Shown here piece by piece: positions 37,718-43,586 of a DNA stretch of 43,586 nt. Position 1 is the first letter of the stretch, and each line of letters begins with the position of its first letter. The DNA is taken from the IMG/VR virus record IMGVR_UViG_3300032373_001208, positions 1 to 43,586 of that record. One strand, given 5' to 3'. Below the pieces are notes generated by a model. The model searched no databases and was not told the DNA's origin. It saw nothing but the letters and a program-made list of their open reading frames with translations. The translations under genes were made by a program, and so were the position numbers. The DNA comes from a virus (Duplodnaviria > Caudoviricetes).

Positions 37718-38370
37718 GACTCAGGCTCCTCATACAATGTTTTTATGCGTAGTTTATCGTTGCCAACCCTTAGCATTTCGCTGAGGTCTTCTGGCATGAT
37801 GATAATGGGCACGCTGATGGTGCTTAGGTAGTTTTTGCCTTCTGGTTTCCATTTCCACACGTCAGCTTTGAATGCATCGATGGCTGCTTGCAAATTAACC
37901 CACGATGCCAACTGCTCTGGTGTGCAGCCATAAGTCTTTTCGATGTATTCAAATTCTTTACAGGCTCTCTCTGCGGCTTCTCTCAATTCTTTGCTGTTGC
38001 CAAACATCACAGGCTCTTGCTCTACTGGCTCGGCTTGTAGGGCGGCTTTGAGTCCAATCATTTCATAATCACAATGAAAATCATGGCTCCATAAAACACC
38101 GTCTTCATCACAGTCATTCTCATCAAGCTTATCGGCAGAAGGTCGCTTTTGTAGGTTTGTTTGCTTTGCTTCATGTGTAATCTTGCCTACAACTATATTT
38201 TCAACACCTGCATCCCATTCACCATCAAGATAAGTAGATATTGATTCCTTAGCGTCATCAAGTGCCTCTGCCTCTGTTTTAAATGTTTCAAAATACCCTG
38301 CGTCAGAGTCATATACAAAATATCCATCCTCCATCGTTTTCTCTACTGCTTCTCTCAATTCTTTACTCAT
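37714..38370 (-). CDS. mosaic hypothetical phage protein (Ea22/Eaa-like modular type)
   Basis: GAGGTGG RBS before MSKELRE; internal repeat SKELREA; AEPVEQEPV linker. Confidence 0.6.
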   Translation of the reverse strand: MSKELREAVEKTMEDGYFVYDSDAGYFETFKTEAEALDDAKESISTYLDGEWDAGVENIVVGKITHEAKQTNLQKRPSADKLDENDCDEDGVLWSHDFHCDYEMIGLKAALQAEPVEQEPVMFGNSKELREAAERACKEFEYIEKTYGCTPEQLASWVNLQAAIDAFKADVWKWKPEGKNYLSTISVPIIIMPEDLSEMLRVGNDKLRIKTLYEEPES

Positions 38371-38377
38371 AACCACC

Positions 38378-38560
38378 TCATTTTTTCTCAATCACTTTCC
38401 CATCTACAACTTCAATCACCACACTGGCACCAAGCTGATCACGTAGGGCTTTGTAGCCTTCGCTTTGCATAAACTCGGCAAGCGCTGGTGCATCCCGCTG
38501 AATCGCTGCCCACGCTTTTCGCTTTTGCGCATCATCCAACGTGGCCAGAACAACTTTCAC
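38378..38560 (-). CDS. hypothetical protein
   Basis: 60 aa; GTGA overlap; W..IQRDAPALAEFM motif. Confidence 0.55.
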   Translation of the reverse strand: MKVVLATLDDAQKRKAWAAIQRDAPALAEFMQSEGYKALRDQLGASVVIEVVDGKVIEKK

Positions 38561-38691
38561 GATTTAAGCAGTATTTCCCTCTGATATACTGGGATAAACC
38601 CAAGCAACCAAAATGTTTCAACTTTGACGCTGTATGAAGGGCGACGCGATGATGTCTCCTTTACTTTCAAAACATAAACTGTCTTTTTCAT
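38557..38691 (-). CDS. hypothetical protein (44 aa, not in ORF track)
   Basis: MKKTVYVLKVKETSSRRPSYSVKVETFWLLGFIPVYQREILLKS; overlaps its neighbours at both ends. Confidence 0.55.
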   Translation of the reverse strand: MKKTVYVLKVKETSSRRPSYSVKVETFWLLGFIPVYQREILLKS

Positions 38692-39422
38692 GTTCCCTCT
38701 CCTGTTTCGCTGATAACATCTGCATCCACCACCTCGGCATCATCAAAGGATGGCACCTGCATATTTTGCGGAATCATGCGGCTCATTTGTCTTGTCATTT
38801 CTGCAGCTGTGAGCTGCGTTTCTTCATCGGTGATGGCTTTGGCTTTAGACTGTGGTGTAGCCAAAAACTCGGGCAGATTGATGCCCAGCTTGTCCATAAG
38901 TTTGATGAGGATGTTGATTTGCGGGTTTTCAAACTCTTTGGTGCCTACAATGTCGCCATCGGCTCCAAATACATCTTGAGATACCCACATGCCCTTGTCT
39001 TGAATGTCTTTGAATGCCTGTTGAATCAGGGCGACATTTTGACCCATTAACAATGCGGCAAGACCCTGCAAAGCTTCCATGTCGCCTTGTTGCGCAGAAA
39101 CAATGGCACTACCAGCCTCTTCAATCACTGACCAATCAATCACATCAAGGCATCTGCCCCCTGCTTTGGTTTTTTGCTCTTTGATAAAGGGGCATGTGTC
39201 ATATTTGGGGCAAGTGGTCTGGCATGGCTTGCCTTGCATGGCTGACATGGAGGCTTTGGCTGACATGCCATGTTTCCAAGCATTCATGGATGATGCTTTT
39301 TTGCCTTTATCTGTTTTGGGGCCTGTGGCGTGTTTGCGCGCTTTCAGCGAGGCATCTTGGCGCTGCTTGATTTGGGCAGGGCTTAGTGGCTTTTTGTTTT
39401 TCTTAGGCTTTGCCATGATCAC
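38688..39422 (-). CDS. putative terminase small subunit / DNA packaging protein
   Basis: ATGPKTDKGKKASSMNAWKHG motif, Cys cluster, and a KEFENPQINILIKL segment similar to TerS proteins. Confidence 0.55.
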   Translation of the reverse strand: MIMAKPKKNKKPLSPAQIKQRQDASLKARKHATGPKTDKGKKASSMNAWKHGMSAKASMSAMQGKPCQTTCPKYDTCPFIKEQKTKAGGRCLDVIDWSVIEEAGSAIVSAQQGDMEALQGLAALLMGQNVALIQQAFKDIQDKGMWVSQDVFGADGDIVGTKEFENPQINILIKLMDKLGINLPEFLATPQSKAKAITDEETQLTAAEMTRQMSRMIPQNMQVPSFDDAEVVDADVISETGEGT

Positions 39423-39739
39423 TCAACCTCTCTGGCGCTGTTTCTGATGATTTCGCGCACTCTGTTTTCTGAAATGTTGTGCTTGGCGGCGAATAACGCT
39501 GTGTCATCACCACCTTTGCAGTGGGCAATGATGTCGGCATCGCGAAATGGCTTAGCAAGGCCTTTAAAGAAGTTTTCTGCGGTCTGAACGTAGAACTCGC
39601 CACCAATGCCGCCTGAGAGGGCATCTAGCATGTCAGAAAGCGCCTCTGCGCCATGTCTGCGACCGATAGATACCAAACCCGTAGCATCTTCTGCCGATGC
39701 CTGAAGTAGTTCGTTTCGTTGTGCCATGATGTTGGTCAT
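39419..39739 (-). CDS. Mor/C-family late transcription activator
   Basis: GGEFYV...RDADII...AAKHNISENRVREII Mor-family signature. Confidence 0.75.
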   Translation of the reverse strand: MTNIMAQRNELLQASAEDATGLVSIGRRHGAEALSDMLDALSGGIGGEFYVQTAENFFKGLAKPFRDADIIAHCKGGDDTALFAAKHNISENRVREIIRNSAREVE

Positions 39740-39740
39740 A

Positions 39741-40673
39741 TCAGTTCCCCAAGATGGATTGCCAGTGGGCTGTGCCCAGGCGTGATTTTTGTAAGTGTCT
39801 TTCTGAAATGGCGATGTAGCGCATTGTTGTTTCAATGCTTGAGTGGCCCATTAACAAGGCAATCTCTTGAACGCCAATGCCGTGGTCGTATAACTCGGTG
39901 GCGTAGGTGCTGCGCAACTTGTGAAGGAAAACATCACCTTTAAGGCCCACACGCTTGGAAACGCGCTTGATCACATCATGCATGCCACGAATGCCCATGC
40001 GGCCACCACTTGGCTGATGACGATTGCCATGGAAGCTGATGAAAAAGCTGTCTTCGCTGTCAGCTGCATACATTTGGCGAACCACAAGCCATTTGGTCAA
40101 CTCGCCAACAATTGGGCCCTCAAATGGAATCACGCGCTGTTTGGCACCCTTGCCAATCACGTGGACACGTCCTGTGCGGTGGGCAAGCGTAATGCGATGA
40201 ATCGTTAAGTTTGCCATTTCTTCGCGGCGCATGCCCGTGGCATAAAACAACATCAAAATGCAGCGGTCGCGCACTGTGGTTGCAGTTTCATTCTCTGCGA
40301 TTGAGAACATATCTCGCAATTCGGAATGGCTAAACTTCTGGGCAGCTGTTTTGCTCACTTTAGGTGTGGGCACACCATCGCATGGATTACTTGGCAGCTT
40401 GTCTGTATCAACCAGCCAGGCACACACGCTACGCAATGCAGATAAGCGGCTGGCTCTGGTGGCGTTTGAATGATTGCCTCGACTGACAACCAAATACTTC
40501 ATCCATTCTTCGACTGTGTTCTTGCTCAATGGAAGACCATTGCTTTGAACCCAACCAAAGAACATGCGCGCAACTTCGCAATACTTATGCGCAGCACTTC
40601 GGCTGCAGCCACGTGTAATGACATGATAATCCGTGAATAAAGACGAATGCTGGGGTGTCCACGCGAAATTCAT
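39741..40673 (-). CDS. XerC/D-like tyrosine recombinase (start could be 40712)
   Basis: SAM-like N-domain (ATRASRLSALRS); catalytic R (TGMRREE), K (GKGAKQR), HKLR, MGH and Y (TMRY) all present. Confidence 0.9.
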   Translation of the reverse strand: MNFAWTPQHSSLFTDYHVITRGCSRSAAHKYCEVARMFFGWVQSNGLPLSKNTVEEWMKYLVVSRGNHSNATRASRLSALRSVCAWLVDTDKLPSNPCDGVPTPKVSKTAAQKFSHSELRDMFSIAENETATTVRDRCILMLFYATGMRREEMANLTIHRITLAHRTGRVHVIGKGAKQRVIPFEGPIVGELTKWLVVRQMYAADSEDSFFISFHGNRHQPSGGRMGIRGMHDVIKRVSKRVGLKGDVFLHKLRSTYATELYDHGIGVQEIALLMGHSSIETTMRYIAISERHLQKSRLGTAHWQSILGN

Positions 40674-41038
40674 GCCGCAGGCTCCCAAATCCAAAAGTTG
40701 AAAATCGCCCATTTATTACGAGCCACATAGTGTGCCCGCTTCGCTTTGTGGTACTGAGCTTTTGACGGGGGGTACCCCTTAGCGTACACGGTGGAACCAC
40801 CAAGGCACACAACATACAATAAAAACAAACACTTAGAACAGCGCCTAGTAAACACGCTCCGACCCTTCCGACTCTGTTTTTGGCAAATTTCTTTACCAAA
40901 AGAACATAGGTTGCCACATAGGCACAACCTACCCCCTATATACAACAACACATCAAGCCCTTTCGCTCCGACTTCCAAGGTGTATGAACAGAACCTAATT
41001 ACCGTGCAAGCTATATAAACAAAGGGAAAAACAAGCAT
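40670..41038 (-). CDS. hypothetical ORF, possibly bridging a cis-acting site
   Basis: TGATG and ATGA overlaps at both ends but atypical composition; contains palindromes and direct repeats. Confidence 0.4.
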   Translation of the reverse strand: MLVFPFVYIACTVIRFCSYTLEVGAKGLDVLLYIGGRLCLCGNLCSFGKEICQKQSRKGRSVFTRRCSKCLFLLYVVCLGGSTVYAKGYPPSKAQYHKAKRAHYVARNKWAIFNFWIWEPAA

Positions 41039-41769
41039 CAGCGTTGCCCTCTAGCCGATGGCCAGTTGAATACAACTTGGGCCATATCATTGCGTAATCG
41101 GTCCACAACTCTTGGGTGAAATACCTTCGTTGATAGATGCTCCATGCCCTTATTGCTGCAGATAATCGTTGGCAGCTCATAATCAAGGCGCTCAGCCAAA
41201 ATGTCTGACAAGATTTGGCAGGTATATTCACCCAGTGGGCTTGCCGCTACTTCATCTACAACTAAAAAAGGTTTCCTTTTGAAGTTTTTAACGTATTCCT
41301 CACGACTAATCTTGCTATCAGGGTTCATCGCATCACGAATACCACGATCAATATCATTTGCTGTGCAGTAGTAACCAGGTGATTTGCCATGCTTCACGAA
41401 TTCAAACAGCAAAATTGCAGCAAGCGTTGTCTTGCCTGTGCCAAACCCACCATCTCTCGATGATTCACCAACAAACAATAGGCTAGAAATATCACCATCA
41501 AAAAAACGCCGCGCATATTTAAGCGCTCTGCGATGCCCATCATGTTCTTGCCAAAAATCGGCAAAGGTTAACCCATGATATCTTGGTGCAAGCCCCATGC
41601 TCTCACACTGTGCCACCAATGCTTTTTCACGTTGGGCCAACTGTCGCTCACACGATTCACACTTATCACCAAAATAGTCGCCATGATAGCTGCAAACTTT
41701 TGTCTCCAAATCGGCTGGCTTGAAATGGTGCCTGTGTTTTTCAGGAATAAGATCTTGAATTGATTGCAT
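41038..41769 (-). CDS. DnaC/IstB-like helicase loader ATPase
   Basis: C..HG zinc region, PRY...TF, GFGTGKT Walker A, LVVDEV Walker B, PTIICSN and RVVDRL. Confidence 0.9.
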   Translation of the reverse strand: MQSIQDLIPEKHRHHFKPADLETKVCSYHGDYFGDKCESCERQLAQREKALVAQCESMGLAPRYHGLTFADFWQEHDGHRRALKYARRFFDGDISSLLFVGESSRDGGFGTGKTTLAAILLFEFVKHGKSPGYYCTANDIDRGIRDAMNPDSKISREEYVKNFKRKPFLVVDEVAASPLGEYTCQILSDILAERLDYELPTIICSNKGMEHLSTKVFHPRVVDRLRNDMAQVVFNWPSARGQR

Positions 41770-42695
41770 TAGAAATCATCTCCTGTTTGAGCAGTTCTTC
41801 TTTCTTGAAAAGCGTTGTATCCACCAGATAAAATTTTCTTGGTGTTAGCTGGATTAATGAGGAAAGAGATGTTCATAGTGAATGGATCCTTTTGTTTTCC
41901 TTTTTTCCTGCCTGTTAAAAAATCACTCTCACTGGCTTTGCTAAAAATATTTAGCCAATAATCAGGGGTATTGATTTCAAGAGCAGATTTTAAAGCACTC
42001 CATATTGTTGACTCTGATGTGATCACTAAATCAGTTTTTGATTTGTTGGGGAACAACTCACAGAACCGATTGAATAAAAGAATGATATCGCGCTCACTCT
42101 CTGTGTGTGTGTGTGTAATATCTGTACCTTCTGTACACTCTGTACACTCTGTAGAGCGCGCGGGCTCGCGTGGGCGCGTTACGTGCGCGTGAGTTTCGGG
42201 AACGGTTGCAAACGGTTTGTTTAACGGTTCGGGAACGGTTAAAGAATCGGCTAGTTTTCTAAGCTTATCAAGGGTCTTTGAATAATATGGTTTATCTTTA
42301 TCAACACTGGTTTTGTAATCTTGGAAGATTGAGCCCATTACCAATTGGGCAACCTGTGGAGGTAGGTTTGATGCATTTTTCATGGCTCCAATCCAGATGT
42401 TTGGATTGGCAGCTTGCCACATTGAAAACTGCGGCAAAAAGATGATGTTATACTCTGGCCACCACACTGCTTTCTCACCAAGTGCGGCGATTGCCTTTGC
42501 CACCTTTTTCTTTCTGAAAAGTCCATCGATGCCAGCTAATTCAGCCAAGCGCTCTTGCGATGCAAACATGACGCCGCAAAGGTTCATTTCAGAAGATGTA
42601 TATATGGATGAATAGAGCGCGATTGATTGACATGAGTTGAGGCCTGAAGAAAAACCAACTGGCATGCTTCTGTAGCGGCATTGATTTGTGCTCAT
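41769..42695 (-). CDS. phage replication initiator (O/DnaD-like)
   Basis: upstream of the DnaC-like gene with TAATG overlap; internal iteron cluster; C-terminal SDFLTG...FLINPAN..KILSGGY motif. Confidence 0.8.
   Translation of the reverse strand: MSTNQCRYRSMPVGFSSGLNSCQSIALYSSIYTSSEMNLCGVMFASQERLAELAGIDGLFRKKKVAKAIAALGEKAVWWPEYNIIFLPQFSMWQAANPNIWIGAMKNASNLPPQVAQLVMGSIFQDYKTSVDKDKPYYSKTLDKLRKLADSLTVPEPLNKPFATVPETHAHVTRPREPARSTECTECTEGTDITHTHTESERDIILLFNRFCELFPNKSKTDLVITSESTIWSALKSALEINTPDYWLNIFSKASESDFLTGRKKGKQKDPFTMNISFLINPANTKKILSGGYNAFQERRTAQTGDDF
42095..42245. repeat. iteron cluster / putative phage replication origin
   Basis: (TG)7, four 9-bp TCTGTA(C/G)nn repeats (42121-42156), a GC-rich block, and four AACGGTT repeats (42201, 42211, 42223, 42234). 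Confidence 0.7.
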
Positions 42696-42805
42696 ACGCC
42701 AAACCCCCATCCGCTGTCATCGTCATCGAATGGATCAAAGAAGTTTTGCAGTTCTTTTAAAACATAAACAACCAAGCCTAATATGAAAAAGATTACTTTC
42801 TTCAT
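42692..42805 (-). CDS. small membrane-anchored protein (37 aa, not in ORF track)
   Basis: MKKVIFFILGLVVYVLKELQNFFDPFDDDDSGWGFGV; its stop overlaps the initiator ATG (ATGA). Confidence 0.55.
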   Translation of the reverse strand: MKKVIFFILGLVVYVLKELQNFFDPFDDDDSGWGFGV

Positions 42806-42818
42806 AGCAGAACTATCC

Positions 42819-42839
42819 CAGTGCCCAAACAGTGACCAA
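42819..42839 (+). promoter_or_regulatory. integrase arm-type binding sites (right)
   Basis: CAGTGCCCAAACAGTGACCAA, 18/21 identical to 2285..2305. Confidence 0.7.
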
Positions 42840-42956
42840 AAGCCACGCTCATAGGCGTATTTTCAAGCACTTTGGCACCCTGGTTAGATATGCGACTTGT
42901 GCGCGTTTCCCTATATTTTAATTGGGTTCTTGCTGTTCCTGACGTTGGCGCATGTT

Positions 42957-42983
42957 CGGGTTCGACTCCCGCTCCCGGTACCA
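42957..42983 (+). repeat. attR core (27 bp)
   Basis: identical to 2176..2202. Confidence 0.95.
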
Positions 42984-42990
42984 CGCATTT

Positions 42991-43027
42991 AAAAAGCCTG
43001 TAAGCATCACGCTTATAGGCTTTTTTT
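42991..43027 (+). terminator. displaced host tRNA-Leu terminator
   Basis: AAAAAGCCTGTAAGC-ATCAC-GCTTATAGGCTTTTTTT hairpin just after attR. Confidence 0.7.
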
Positions 43028-43122
43028 ATTCCCATAACTTATCTTTCAACCTTTTCATAAACCAATTATGCAGAAACCCAAGAGAAAAAAGCACCCAAGC
43101 CTTCATTAAAGGGCTCTGCTCC

Positions 43123-43586
43123 GAATGCCGCTGACTTAAGCCCTTTTTAGTCAATTTTTCATAGTATTTCACTGCTTGTAATCCTTCCTAGCTTTGGTGA
43201 GTAAACGGTGTGGCTTTGGTCTCCGTTTTACTGCCCTAGGTTCGCTTCTACCAGAGCGTTGGTGGAGGATGCTACCCGCGATTGAAACATACAAACATTG
43301 CATCAGTCGCAGCCTTTCCGTTTGTGTGATATAGGGTTGGCTAAGGTGGGGTTCCCACACTGCCGCAATGTTTGCACACAGCCCTTAAAACTTATCTGAC
43401 GTAATCTTATCTTTTTTTCTCTCGCCGATTCGATTATTAGAGCACGAATACAGTTATAAACAGCCTTTTCCAATATGAAATGAGTCTGAAATCGAGTATG
43501 TCGTCCATAATAGGAGGATGTTGGTACAAATGGATGAACAACGTATAGAAACGATTGAAGATATTGCTGCATTTTTAAGTGGCACA
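43123..43586 (-). pseudogene. IS4-family transposase remnant (frameshifted C-terminal part) with a terminal inverted repeat
   Basis: AVYNCIRALI...QISFKGCVQTL and RSEPRAVKRRPKPH motifs in two frames; GAATGCCGCTGACTTAAG (43123-43140) resembles IS4-family ends. Confidence 0.7.

Larger units (their letters stand above)
2176..42983. mobile_element. integrated temperate siphovirus-like prophage, ~40.8 kb, apparently complete
   Basis: 27-bp att direct repeats, adjacent tyrosine integrase, plus immunity, replication, terminase, portal, capsid, tail tube, tape measure and lysis genes; no sheath gene recognised. Confidence 0.95.

Noticed and set aside
40711-40738. dif-like site upstream of the Xer-like gene (minus strand CGGGCACACTA TGTGGC TCGTAATAAAT)
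   Set aside because: Only about 6/11 and 7/11 matches to the E. coli dif arms and poor internal symmetry; too weak to call.
42095-42245. CRISPR-like array
   Set aside because: Repeats are 7-13 bp with no unique spacers, lie inside a coding gene, and no cas genes are present.
42957-42983. Second tRNA-Leu gene
   Set aside because: Only the 3' 27 nt (T-arm and acceptor strand) are present; this is attR.

Overview
The window opens with host pyrG (minus strand) and a tRNA-Gly(GCC)/Cys(GCA)/Leu(TAA) cluster. Next is an apparently complete ~40.8 kb siphovirus-like temperate prophage (2176..42983) integrated in the 3' end of tRNA-Leu and bounded by an exact 27-bp direct repeat. A degraded IS4-family remnant closes the window. 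The prophage carries int/xis and an early operon (C5 methyltransferase, HD nucleotidase, PQ-loop protein, serine recombinase, Rha-KilAC antirepressor, two tandem cro genes). It also has a double-HTH CI-like repressor, morons, full tail/lysis/head modules, hicAB and a C4/isrK-like antisense-RNA-controlled Bro operon. A right-arm operon holds the replication initiator, DnaC-like loader, XerC/D-like recombinase, Mor-like late activator, candidate small terminase and a stand-alone FtsK-gamma domain. The most striking observation is that att splits the lytic transcription unit. Joining attL and attR creates an 84-aa ORF that starts in an ATGA overlap with the int stop, reads through the att core, and ends in an ATGA overlap with the first gene of the replication operon. 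This suggests replication, late activation and packaging genes are expressed only after excision. All protein assignments rest on motif recognition and gene order; no database searches were run, and the host taxon cannot be established from the sequence alone.
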